From positions 1 to 39,320 of the forward strand of contig JADGBV010000001.1 in NCBI GenBank assembly GCA_015231345.1: a stretch of 39,320 bases of DNA. The letters are read 5' to 3'. The stretch comes from Planctomycetota bacterium (GTDB lineage Bacteria > Planctomycetota > JADGBV01). Position numbers and translations under genes: made by a program. Positions 16,416 to 25,061 of this stretch are shown here, piece after piece. Under the pieces are notes generated by a model, which made no database searches, was not told the origin of the DNA, and saw only the letters and a list, made by a program, of their open reading frames with translations. The stretch's first letter is position 1. Every line of letters begins with the position of its first letter.

Positions 16416-17747
16416 ATGAGTGAACAATGGCAAAACTTGGTGGATTTATTCCCTCAAGTTCTTTCTCTTATTCATCAAGGGAAAAAAGCCGATGGCTTGG
16501 CGATTCATAAGTTAGCTCAGAAAAATGGCTTGGCTATTCCGCCTTGGTTTCAAGGAGTGGGTCGTGGTTTCCAAAAATGTCAGCTCAAACTACAACATAA
16601 GCTAGAGCTTTTCTGTGCATCAGAAATGGCAGAAATGGGAAGTTCTTGGCAAGTGGCTAAGGCGAGATATGAACTGCTAAAACCCCACTGGCAGAAGGTT
16701 CAAGTCGCCTACTTACCTTGCTGTGGGGCAGGGCTTGATGCTTTGCATTTACTAAGTCAAGCCAGTGGATTAGGGTATAATGGCTCCTTGATACTCAGTG
16801 ATATTTATCCCGTAGCAGCAAAAATGGCAGCTTATAACATGGCAGCTTATAAAATGTCGGATAATAACACGGCTGCTAAGAAAATGTCGGCTTATAAAAC
16901 TGCTATAAATTCCGCTGAAGGCAATGGCATTCAAGCTCAGGTGCTGGTCGAAGATTTTCTTCAACCTGGTCATGAACGAGTGCCACGCGAATCCTATGTG
17001 TTTTTAGACCCTGCGAGGCGCAGTGAAGGGCAGAGACTTAAAGATGATTATCTGCCGCCACTCAAATCTTCGATGCAACAACTAGAGCTTTTTTTGATGG
17101 CGCAAATTAAACTTTCTCCAGGAGAAAATATACAGGAGCTTGTCATGACTCATCCTTCGTGGTCATGGACAGTGATTCAGGCGAAAGGGGAAATAAAAGA
17201 AGTATGCGGGACTTATGTTCATCCGAGTATAACGAACGCCGGTTCAGACGGTGTAAAAGCTATTATAACAAGGGATAACGGAGAGAATTGCTACTTTAAG
17301 CAGTTACATCACAGTCTTCGTCCTGAAGGAACTGGCAAACTTAAGCCAGGTCAGGTCTTGGCCTTAGCTGCTCCCGCATTAGTGAAATCGCAGCTTCTGG
17401 AAGATTTTGCCTCTCACCATAAACTCTGCACTTATGATGCGAGTCCAGGAATTCTGCTCATCCCTGATTATCAGCAAAGCCCCGAAGGGCCTTGGCTTGA
17501 TACTTTTACCCTACTTGGAGAGTGCAGTCGGCGCCCAAAAGAGATTCGCTCTTTACTCAAACCTTATGAGGGTCGTCCTTTAGAGCTACGAGCCATGGGC
17601 GACTCGTCAGATGCAGAATTAATGCGCACCTTAAAAACCTATTTGTCTCAAAAAGGGTCTGCCGACTCAAGACTTGTGCTCGTGACCGTGAAGCTGGGGA
17701 AATCTCGCCGCTGCCTTCTTCTGGAATCATTGAGAAATCCGAAATAG
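16416..17747 (+). CDS. Class I SAM-dependent methyltransferase-like protein with THUMP-like C-terminal region
   Basis: Motif I-like LPCCGAGLDALHL and acidic beta-2 end LILSDIY. FLDPARR is typical of the PG_1098-like methyltransferase/THUMP-like family. This assignment is from memory of the family and is not verified. Confidence 0.6.
   Translation: MSEQWQNLVDLFPQVLSLIHQGKKADGLAIHKLAQKNGLAIPPWFQGVGRGFQKCQLKLQHKLELFCASEMAEMGSSWQVAKARYELLKPHWQKVQVAYLPCCGAGLDALHLLSQASGLGYNGSLILSDIYPVAAKMAAYNMAAYKMSDNNTAAKKMSAYKTAINSAEGNGIQAQVLVEDFLQPGHERVPRESYVFLDPARRSEGQRLKDDYLPPLKSSMQQLELFLMAQIKLSPGENIQELVMTHPSWSWTVIQAKGEIKEVCGTYVHPSITNAGSDGVKAIITRDNGENCYFKQLHHSLRPEGTGKLKPGQVLALAAPALVKSQLLEDFASHHKLCTYDASPGILLIPDYQQSPEGPWLDTFTLLGECSRRPKEIRSLLKPYEGRPLELRAMGDSSDAELMRTLKTYLSQKGSADSRLVLVTVKLGKSRRCLLLESLRNPK
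16824..16913 (+). repeat. Six degenerate in-frame 15-bp (5-aa) tandem units inside the methyltransferase gene
   Basis: atggcagcttataac / atggcagcttataaa / atgtcggataataac / acggctgctaagaaa / atgtcggcttataaa / actgctataaattcc, translating MAAYN MAAYK MSDNN TAAKK MSAYK TAINS. Confidence 0.75.
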
Positions 17748-17780
17748 CTTTATATAGCGCACGGTCATATTTAATGAGAC

Positions 17781-20700
17781 ATGAGTTCAGCCAATTATAG
17801 AGGCGTTCGCGCCCTTTTAGATAATCCCCTTATTCAAGAAATCCGTCAAGTTCTACTTAAAGGTGAAGAGTTTGGCTTAAAAGGCTGTTATAGTTCTGCT
17901 GCGAATTTAATACTCAGCCTACTTGTTGAAGAGTTAGACCGACCTGCCTTTGTGGTCCTGCAAGATGAGGACGATTTAAGTAATGCCATAGATGAAATGA
18001 AGGTTTGGTCTGAACAGTGCGACCTTTATCCCTACCCATTTGTGCATGCTCAAATCACCACTCTTGAGCACTCGGCTCTATTGCAGCAAATGAAAAGTAT
18101 TAGGGCTATGCTTGAACCTGATGCAAAGCAAGGTATTTGGATTACGACTTTAAAAGCTTTAGAAGCTCCTTGCTTTTCCCTAGATTTTATCGATGAGCCA
18201 GTCATGACTTTCGAGGAAGGGCAGAGCTATAAGAGTGATGAATTATATGCGGCTTTGGAGAAAAGGGGTTTTAACCGCGAAGATAAAGTAGATCAGCGCG
18301 GGGACTATTCGGTGAGAGGCGGGATCGTCGATCTTTTTCCACGCTTTAGCACACACCCTGTGAGAGTCGAGTTCTTTGGTAATGAAATAGAGACCATCAG
18401 GGAATTTAGTCTGGTGACGCAAAAATCCATTCGGCGTCTTTCGCGATTTGTACTGGATGATATTGAATATGAAAAAATCGATCATATGGAAAGGGCCGGG
18501 AGTATTTTAGATTTCATTCCCAGTGGCAGTCTCTTTTTCGTGCAGGAGCCCGAACTCAGTGGCCGGGAAGTGGACTCTCATGCCATACGTTCTGGGATCA
18601 GTGAATTGCTTTTGAAGGCAGAAGTGGAACCGAGGAAATCTTTAGGTTTTCAGAAAATAGAATACGCACGAAATATTGAAGATGCGCGTTTTTCCTTCAA
18701 TACAACCATCGAAGAGCAAGATGCTCTAAGTGTGCCTGAAGCCATTGCAGAAGTGACTAAGCGTTGCCAGGGCAAGGAGTTCTTCCTTGTTGAAGAGTAT
18801 GGCTCAAAACTCAAACTTGCTGAAATGGGCAAACTTGATGTCTGGAGTCTTGAAGGCACTCTCGAGTATAACTTCTTTATTTCTGAGCTTAATGCTGAAG
18901 CGGTGCATGAGAAGAATCTGGTGCAGATTTCCGATTTACATGAGCAGCAGAATGTCGATAGTATGGCCGACTTTATTGAGCTTGAAATGGGTGATTATAT
19001 TGTCCATGAAAATTACGGCATTGGACAATTTTTAGGCCTCACCTCCCTAGAGAAGCAAGGTGTGATGAGTGACTTCTTGCTTCTGCAATTTGCTGGTGGC
19101 AGTAAGGTTTATGTTCCTGTGTCGCAATTACACATGGTGCAAAAGTACTTAGGCAAAGGTGAATCGGCTCCTGAACTTTCCAAAATAGGCTCCAAATCTT
19201 GGGAGATGAAAAAGAAGCGAGCGCGCAAAGCTATTGACCGTATCGTGATGGAATTAGTGCAGCGCCAAGCTTACCGCGAGAAGCAAGTCGGCTTTTCGTT
19301 TTCAACGGATTCAAAAGAGCAAAGAACTTTTGAAAGAGCTTTTCCTTATACTGAGACTCCGTGTCAATTACGTGCGTCGGCTAATATCAAAAAGGAGATG
19401 GAGCATCTCAAGCCTATGGATCATCTTTTGTGTGGAGATGTGGGTTTTGGCAAAACGGAAATAGCCATGCGCATTGCCCATAAAGCGATTATGGATGATA
19501 AGCAAGTTGCCGTATTAGCTCCCACAACAGTTCTAGCAGAACAGCACTATAATAACTTTTGCGAACGCTACAAAGATAAGGCTCATATGATTGGAGCTCT
19601 TAATCGTTTTCGTAAAGCCAAAGAAACCCGTGATGTTTTGAGCCGCATACTTTCTGGAGAGATGAAGGTCATTATCGGAACACATAGAATGCTATCGAAA
19701 GATGTCGAATTTAGCAATTTAGGTTTACTCATTCTAGATGAAGAGCAGCGTTTTGGTGTTAAGCAAAAAGAGGCCATGAAGGTGAAGTACCCTTCAATTG
19801 ATATCCTTTCTCTTTCGGCTACGCCTGTGCCAAGGACCTTGCATATGAGTATGCTTGGCATTAGGGGTATTAGTAATTTGACCATTGCTCCAGAGAATAG
19901 ACACCCTATTAGGACTTATATAAGAGAAAGGCAGCTTGGGATTATTAAACATGCTATAGGACGAGAATTGGCGCGTGGAGGACAATCGTACTTCCTGCAT
20001 AATCGCATTGAAGATATTGAACAAGTTAGAGACGAACTACATAAGCTTTTTCCTAAGGCTCGCATTGGTATTGGTCACGGGCAGATGTCTGAAAATGAGC
20101 TTTCGACGGTCATGAAATCTTTTTATGCTTTGGAAATTGATATTTTCTTAAGCACATCTATTATTGCTAATGGCATAGATATTCCTACAGCTAATACGAT
20201 GATTATCAACGACTCCCATATGTTTGGCTTGTCAGAATTACATCAGATTCGAGGTCGTATTGGTCGCTATAGTATACAAGCTTATTGTTATCTTTTAATT
20301 CCTCCGGGGAAAAAACTGCCTCAAGGCAGCATGAGGAGGCTGCGGGCTGTGGAAGAGCATCAAGAATTAGGGGCGGGCTTTAAGCTGGCCATGAAGGATA
20401 TGGAAATTCGTGGTGTTGGTAATATTTTAGGCGAGGATCAGCATGGGCAAATTGCTGATATAGGTTATGAACTTTATACTCAGTACTTAAGTCAGGCTAT
20501 TGCGGAAATGCAGGGGAAAAGTCCTGAGGCTTTTATCGAAACTGAGCTTTCTTGGAGTGCGGGTTCGACTTACTTCCCTAAAGGCTTCATTCCTTCTCAT
20601 AGTGAACGGATTGAGTTCTATCGTCGTATTTCATTTTCCAAAAATTGTAAACAGCTTGATGCCATCCAGATAGAACTGAAAGATCGTTTTGGCAAAATTC

Positions 20701-21080
20701 CTCAGCCTGCCCAGAACCTTTTGGACCTTTTTTATTGTAAAATAAATCTGCGTCAGCTGGGAATGAAAAGTTTAAAGAAGAAAGATGGCGGTGAGAATGC
20801 GCTTATTGAGACACTTAATTGGGATGATGAGCGGAAACTTGCCTGGGTATTGGCTAATCCCAACGAATTGGCCTTTTATGGCGAGAGTGGGATTATACTC
20901 AAAACAGAGATGATCTGGAATCTGACTCACGATGAACAGGTGAAGGCAGACCCTTATATGCAACATAGTTACTACAATGAAAGTGATCGTCCTGAGCCTC
21001 TTGATGTATTGAAAGTTTTGGTTAACTATATTCAGTCAAGCCTGCGAAAGTTACAAGAAGAACCCGTTGAAGCTTCCTAA
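17781..21080 (+). CDS. mfd: Transcription-repair coupling factor Mfd
   Basis: UvrB-homology N-terminus and CarD/TRCF RNAP-interaction block (DYIVHENYGIGQFLG). Helicase motifs GDVGFGKTE, ILDEEQRFG and LSATPVPRT. C-terminal TRCF domain. Confidence 0.95.
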   Translation: MSSANYRGVRALLDNPLIQEIRQVLLKGEEFGLKGCYSSAANLILSLLVEELDRPAFVVLQDEDDLSNAIDEMKVWSEQCDLYPYPFVHAQITTLEHSALLQQMKSIRAMLEPDAKQGIWITTLKALEAPCFSLDFIDEPVMTFEEGQSYKSDELYAALEKRGFNREDKVDQRGDYSVRGGIVDLFPRFSTHPVRVEFFGNEIETIREFSLVTQKSIRRLSRFVLDDIEYEKIDHMERAGSILDFIPSGSLFFVQEPELSGREVDSHAIRSGISELLLKAEVEPRKSLGFQKIEYARNIEDARFSFNTTIEEQDALSVPEAIAEVTKRCQGKEFFLVEEYGSKLKLAEMGKLDVWSLEGTLEYNFFISELNAEAVHEKNLVQISDLHEQQNVDSMADFIELEMGDYIVHENYGIGQFLGLTSLEKQGVMSDFLLLQFAGGSKVYVPVSQLHMVQKYLGKGESAPELSKIGSKSWEMKKKRARKAIDRIVMELVQRQAYREKQVGFSFSTDSKEQRTFERAFPYTETPCQLRASANIKKEMEHLKPMDHLLCGDVGFGKTEIAMRIAHKAIMDDKQVAVLAPTTVLAEQHYNNFCERYKDKAHMIGALNRFRKAKETRDVLSRILSGEMKVIIGTHRMLSKDVEFSNLGLLILDEEQRFGVKQKEAMKVKYPSIDILSLSATPVPRTLHMSMLGIRGISNLTIAPENRHPIRTYIRERQLGIIKHAIGRELARGGQSYFLHNRIEDIEQVRDELHKLFPKARIGIGHGQMSENELSTVMKSFYALEIDIFLSTSIIANGIDIPTANTMIINDSHMFGLSELHQIRGRIGRYSIQAYCYLLIPPGKKLPQGSMRRLRAVEEHQELGAGFKLAMKDMEIRGVGNILGEDQHGQIADIGYELYTQYLSQAIAEMQGKSPEAFIETELSWSAGSTYFPKGFIPSHSERIEFYRRISFSKNCKQLDAIQIELKDRFGKIPQPAQNLLDLFYCKINLRQLGMKSLKKKDGGENALIETLNWDDERKLAWVLANPNELAFYGESGIILKTEMIWNLTHDEQVKADPYMQHSYYNESDRPEPLDVLKVLVNYIQSSLRKLQEEPVEAS

Positions 21081-22071
21081 ACGCTATGAGTCTCTTTTAG
21101 GGCGCAAAGCATCCATTGCTCCCATGATGGAGTATACGGATCGTCATTTTCGTTTTTTTGCTCGCTGCCTTTCCAAACGCGTGAGTTTGTATACGGAAAT
21201 GGTGACGGCTCCCGCAATTCTACGTGGCGATAAAGACAGGCATCTGAAATACGATTCGAGCGAGCATCCACTGGCTTTGCAGTTGGGGGGCTCAGATCCA
21301 GATGAACTTGGAAGATGTGCTAAGTACGCTCAGGAATGGGGTTACGATGAACTTAACCTTAATGTGGGCTGCCCAAGTGATCGAGTGCAAGAAGGGAAGA
21401 TCGGGGCTTGTCTATTAAAGGAAGCCTCGTTGGTGGGGGATTGTGTGCAGGCAATGTTAGAATCGTGTGAGATGCCAGTGACCATAAAAACGAGAATTGG
21501 TGTGGATGACTACGACTCCTTGGATGAATTATTAAGCTTTATTGACCAAAATGTCCAAAGAGGCTGTCACTACTTTACCCTCCATGCGCGCAAGGCTTGG
21601 TTGCAGGGTTTGAGCCCTAAGGAAAATCGTACGATTCCTCCTTTAGATTATGAGAGGGTTTATCAGGTCAAAGAGCATTTTCCCCATATTGGCATTGAGC
21701 TAAATGGAGGGGTGGAAAGGATTGAAGACATGAAAAAACACCTTGAAAAGGTCGACTCGATCATGTTGGGGCGAGCTGCCTACGAGAACCCGTGGTTGTT
21801 GAGTTTTTTGGATGAAAGTCTTCACGGGGAGAGTTCGAATTGCTCCAAGCGCAGTGATATTGTTGCTCCGATCACAGACTATATAAAGCAAGAAATAGCG
21901 CTAGGCACGCCAGTGCACCGGATCACTCGACACCTTGGCGGATTATTTTGGGGGGTTCCGGGAGCTGGGAAGTGGCGCAGGTGCTTGGCTGGATTTAGCG
22001 GAAAAACTGATCTGGGTGTAGATATAATCGCTGAGACTGCTTGTGCCATTGATGACGTGCCTTCAGCTTAA
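21067..22071 (+). CDS. dusA: tRNA-dihydrouridine synthase A
   Basis: IAPMMEYTDRHFRFF, LNVGCPSDRV and TIKTRIG match DusA. There is no in-frame ATG upstream of the conserved APM block, so the start is TTG at 21067, overlapping mfd by 14 nt. Confidence 0.9.
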   Translation: MKLPKRYESLLGRKASIAPMMEYTDRHFRFFARCLSKRVSLYTEMVTAPAILRGDKDRHLKYDSSEHPLALQLGGSDPDELGRCAKYAQEWGYDELNLNVGCPSDRVQEGKIGACLLKEASLVGDCVQAMLESCEMPVTIKTRIGVDDYDSLDELLSFIDQNVQRGCHYFTLHARKAWLQGLSPKENRTIPPLDYERVYQVKEHFPHIGIELNGGVERIEDMKKHLEKVDSIMLGRAAYENPWLLSFLDESLHGESSNCSKRSDIVAPITDYIKQEIALGTPVHRITRHLGGLFWGVPGAGKWRRCLAGFSGKTDLGVDIIAETACAIDDVPSA

Positions 22072-22088
22072 ATTCTTCACAATAGTAA

Positions 22089-22163
22089 TTGACAGTCATT
22101 GGGCTTAGAGAATAAAAAAAAAACTTAGGAGCCCTGTTGACATGATTCGAGGGCACCTATGCT
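22089..22163 (+). promoter_or_regulatory. Candidate sigma70-type promoters upstream of the HU gene
   Basis: TTGACA at 22089-22094 with TAAAAA 18 nt downstream. A second TTGACA at 22137-22142 has TATGCT after 15 nt. Spacing and -10 quality are imperfect for both. Confidence 0.25.
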
Positions 22164-22197
22164 TGAGTAATCGCAACCATTTATTTTAGGATAAAGT

Positions 22198-22500
22198 ATG
22201 CTTGGAAAACAAGATATAGTAGAGTTCTTGACCACAGCCCCAAAGAAAGGTCAAGATCCAGTTTACGAAAGTGCTGCTGAAGCAAAACGTGCTGTTGATA
22301 ACACAATTAATGCTATCATGGCTTTGACTGCAGGCAAAGGCGCTGAAGGTCTTACTCTCGTTGGTTTTGGTTCTTTCAGAAGAGTTAAAAGAGCTGCTCG
22401 TAAAGGTATCAACCCTTCTACAGGTGAAGCTATCAAAATTAAAGCTACAAAAACTCTTACTTTTAAAGTATCTAAAGCTTTCAAAGAAAAACTTAAGTAG
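22198..22500 (+). CDS. hup: HU-family DNA-binding protein
   Basis: GFGSFRRVKRAARKGINPSTGEAIKIKATKTLTFK is the canonical HU/IHF arm. About 100 aa. Confidence 0.9.
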   Translation: MLGKQDIVEFLTTAPKKGQDPVYESAAEAKRAVDNTINAIMALTAGKGAEGLTLVGFGSFRRVKRAARKGINPSTGEAIKIKATKTLTFKVSKAFKEKLK

Positions 22501-22525
22501 GCTTAATCTAATCATCGAATTCTTG

Positions 22526-22558
22526 AAACAGCCGGTATTTACCGGCTGTTTTTTTTTG
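22526..22558 (+). terminator. Rho-independent terminator of the HU gene
   Basis: aaacagccggt / attt / accggctgttt stem-loop followed by a run of T (22549-22557). Confidence 0.85.
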
Positions 22559-22630
22559 GTCTCAGTGCTAGGGCAAGCTTAGGCCTAAGTATTGAGATGT
22601 CTCAGCGAGGGAGCTAGAACCCCTTAGGGG

Positions 22631-23365
22631 TTAGCATTCTATATCGAGAACAAAGCATAGTTCACCTTCGATCCTAAAGCGAATATTACTTTCATAAAGG
22701 TGCATTCCGTAAACACTTTGGTCTGGTTTTCCTTTTTTATAGGCTGGACGAGGATCTTCTTTGAGGCAGTCTATCAGTAGCTTCTTATAGTCTTTATGCA
22801 CGGCCTCGAGTTCAATACACTTTTGCGCTGCTTTGTCCTCGAATATTACTTCTAAACGCTCCCAATCTGTCTTGAGTAGAGAGGCTTGAGTATTTGAGAT
22901 AGAGTCGCTATACTCGATGTATGGTTTGATATCAAGCACTGGGGTACCACAAAGCATATCTACCCCACTTAATTCTATGATGATTTCTTTAGAGCTGTTT
23001 TTGATGACTCGCTCAAGTTTACAAACAGATAGACCAATGGGATTAGGCCTATAGGGAGAGCGACTGGCAAAAACGCCAATGCTTTTATTTCCCCCTAAAC
23101 GAGGGGGTCTTACGCGTGGACTCCAGTTTTCTTTTTGATTTGCATGGAATAAGTAGATGATCCATAAATGAGAATAAGTTTCAATGCCGTGCAAAGCTTC
23201 TTTTATTTCGTCACATTGCTGGAGGATGATGCGCCCACGAGCATGTTTGACTAAACCACTTTGCCTGGGAATGCCAAATTTTTCTTTAAAACAGGTTTCG
23301 ATCTCCCCCATGACTCTCAAGTTCACAAAAGCTTCGTCCAAAAATAACCCCTTCTCTTTTATCAA
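22631..23365 (-). CDS. trmO: tRNA (N6-threonylcarbamoyladenosine(37)-N6)-methyltransferase TrmO (TsaA/YaeB family)
   Basis: KEKFGIPRQSGLV, SHLWIIYLFH, VRPPRLGGNKSIGVFASRSPYRPNPIG and GTPVLDIKPY closely parallel E. coli YaeB. The start is TTG at 23365 or a nearby TTG. Confidence 0.85.
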   Translation of the reverse strand: MIKEKGLFLDEAFVNLRVMGEIETCFKEKFGIPRQSGLVKHARGRIILQQCDEIKEALHGIETYSHLWIIYLFHANQKENWSPRVRPPRLGGNKSIGVFASRSPYRPNPIGLSVCKLERVIKNSSKEIIIELSGVDMLCGTPVLDIKPYIEYSDSISNTQASLLKTDWERLEVIFEDKAAQKCIELEAVHKDYKKLLIDCLKEDPRPAYKKGKPDQSVYGMHLYESNIRFRIEGELCFVLDIEC

Positions 23366-23427
23366 TTTTACCTTTATATGCTAAAGGCAAAAGCAAGGGG
23401 GAAAGGAGATATATGAGCTTGGCGGTC

Positions 23428-23634
23428 TCAGACAGAGCTCAGGGCACTTCTTCCTCTTTCGCCGACGCGGCGATTGGCTATCTCACAAACGGCACAAACT
23501 CGGTGCCCATAGTGCCTGCTTTCAAATTCAGTACTGCACTTCAAGCATTTACGCATCTTTTTTTGCCCATGGGTCAAAGTCACCAAGGAAAAAAAATACT
23601 CTTCTTGATAATTGAAAGTTGCTTGTCCCATCAT
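23428..23634 (-). CDS. Possible small zinc-ribbon protein (68 aa from ATG 23634)
   Basis: CLKC-x17-CAVC (two CxxC pairs). AAGAGGG lies 5 nt upstream of the ATG-ATG. It overlaps an antisense ORF that has its own strong SD, so the coding strand is unresolved. Confidence 0.4.
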   Translation of the reverse strand: MMGQATFNYQEEYFFSLVTLTHGQKKMRKCLKCSTEFESRHYGHRVCAVCEIANRRVGERGRSALSSV

Positions 23635-23825
23635 AAAAACCCTCTTATAAGTCACTCCATGAGTAACTCAAGGCTGAAAAGGGGTTCAAAATATTTCAAA
23701 ATAGCCATATTTTCTTTTATTTCAATAAAAAGTTGCCTCATTTGTTGGGTTTAACATTGATGATTTACGTAACTGACTAAAAAGGCTAGCTGCTTATCAA
23801 CCATTTTTCGGAGACGAAAAACACA

Positions 23826-24200
23826 ATGGCTTCTGTTGATATAAAAGGAGAAATTGATCAAAATTACGACAGCTTTTACGATTTTTTTGATACGATGGTT
23901 TTTGAGATAGCTCGATACTTAAAACCTCACCTTCCCTTAAAAAGCAGCACACAAGAAGGCGAATTGTTGAAAGATATTCGAATTCTTAATAGAGACGTTT
24001 TTGATATTTCTGAAAAATATTTTAAAACTCGTTGTGCTATGGACCCTAAAAAAGTTAATTTTGAAAAAATGGCAGGGCATTTTGTGCAATCTTATAAAGA
24101 TTGCTTAACAAAAGAAGAGATACAACCAAAATTAAAATTAATCGAAGAAGATATTCTCGATGTTATTACGGATGCTGCTCGTAAAGAGATTTATAATTAA
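23826..24200 (+). CDS. Hypothetical 124-aa protein
   Basis: ATG ORF with ggaga about 12 nt upstream, followed by a strong hairpin. No family recognised. Confidence 0.55.
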   Translation: MASVDIKGEIDQNYDSFYDFFDTMVFEIARYLKPHLPLKSSTQEGELLKDIRILNRDVFDISEKYFKTRCAMDPKKVNFEKMAGHFVQSYKDCLTKEEIQPKLKLIEEDILDVITDAARKEIYN

Positions 24201-24209
24201 GTTTTAAAA

Positions 24210-24236
24210 ATGAAACTAAGCCGAGCTTAGTTTCAT
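24210..24236. terminator. Hairpin terminator between convergent genes (best fit: end of the minus-strand ABC operon)
   Basis: atgaaactaag (24210-24220) pairs perfectly with cttagtttcat (24226-24236). On the minus strand the hairpin is followed by TTTTT (complement of 24206-24210). Confidence 0.6.
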
Positions 24237-24260
24237 GATATTCATAAAAAATCAGTTTAC

Positions 24261-25061
24261 TTAGCCCCCAGCGGCTTCGAATTTTCTAATAGCTTTTTTG
24301 TATAGTAATGCAATAGCTATGCTGATTAATACTAACATGATGAGCTGTTTGAACCACTCATCAATGTGACCATGCCCGGAGTAAATAGAGGCTGCGGAAT
24401 AGGCAAAGTAGCGAAAGGGCAATAATTGACTATAAAAATCTAAATCAGGGAGCATCCCCAAAGGACATAGTTGCCCTGACATAAAACTTGCGACGATGGT
24501 CAAAGCATAAAGTATCGACCAAACTTCTCCGATCCAAAAACTAAATAAACCGATCCCCAGGTAAAGCAAGTTGTGAATAAGTAGGCCCGTTAATAGCGAT
24601 ATAATAAATAAAGGGTTTAAGAGTTTGCTAAGATGAGGTGGCGGGAGCTGAAAATGCTTGGCGAGAAAAAGATCGCTGATGAATAATAAAACTAAAACAA
24701 GAATGAGCATTCTCATTTGTTGACAAAGTATGCGCGATAGGTTCATTAAGATGGGGTTGACCGGACGACATAAAGTGGATGAAATGGACCCGGTGATGAC
24801 AGGGATTTCTATCATTTGAGTTATTTTGTCTGGACTGCGCATAGGTAAGAAAATAATCGAACAATGCAGGAGTAAGCTCATAAAAAGAGGACGTTCCATG
24901 GTGGAAATTTCTTCACCACTAGGAGATGACCATATTTTCATCCAAAACAAAAATAAAACTGCAACTCGTGCGAGAGATTCAAGCCAGAATAAAAAAAAGT
25001 CTAATTTGAATTCGGCCATTTGAAAAAGCTCTAGCCGAAAAAATGAGATGTATTTTCTCAT
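24261..25061 (-). CDS. ABC-2 family transporter permease (COG3694/COG4587-type, second permease)
   Basis: Polytopic hydrophobic protein. Its ATG shares one base with the TAA of the upstream permease (TAATG at 25059-25063). Family recalled from the typical ATPase plus two DUF990-like permease trio. Confidence 0.7.
   Translation of the reverse strand: MRKYISFFRLELFQMAEFKLDFFLFWLESLARVAVLFLFWMKIWSSPSGEEISTMERPLFMSLLLHCSIIFLPMRSPDKITQMIEIPVITGSISSTLCRPVNPILMNLSRILCQQMRMLILVLVLLFISDLFLAKHFQLPPPHLSKLLNPLFIISLLTGLLIHNLLYLGIGLFSFWIGEVWSILYALTIVASFMSGQLCPLGMLPDLDFYSQLLPFRYFAYSAASIYSGHGHIDEWFKQLIMLVLISIAIALLYKKAIRKFEAAGG

Noticed and set aside
20555-21845. tRNA-like T-arm strings (ggttcgact near 20560, gagttcgaatt near 21835)
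   Set aside because: Both sit inside the mfd or dusA coding sequence. Neither has surrounding acceptor or anticodon stem complementarity.
21067-22071. dusA 5' end as an integration site for a genomic island or prophage (known dusA-targeting integrases)
   Set aside because: mfd overlaps the dusA start directly and the HU gene follows. There is no integrase, att-like duplication or foreign block.
23413-23754. 113-aa plus-strand ORF as a real gene
   Set aside because: Its product is low-complexity, Ser/Ile-rich and without motifs, despite the good SD. The antisense zinc-ribbon ORF is slightly more protein-like. I kept it as an open question in the findings rather than as a feature.
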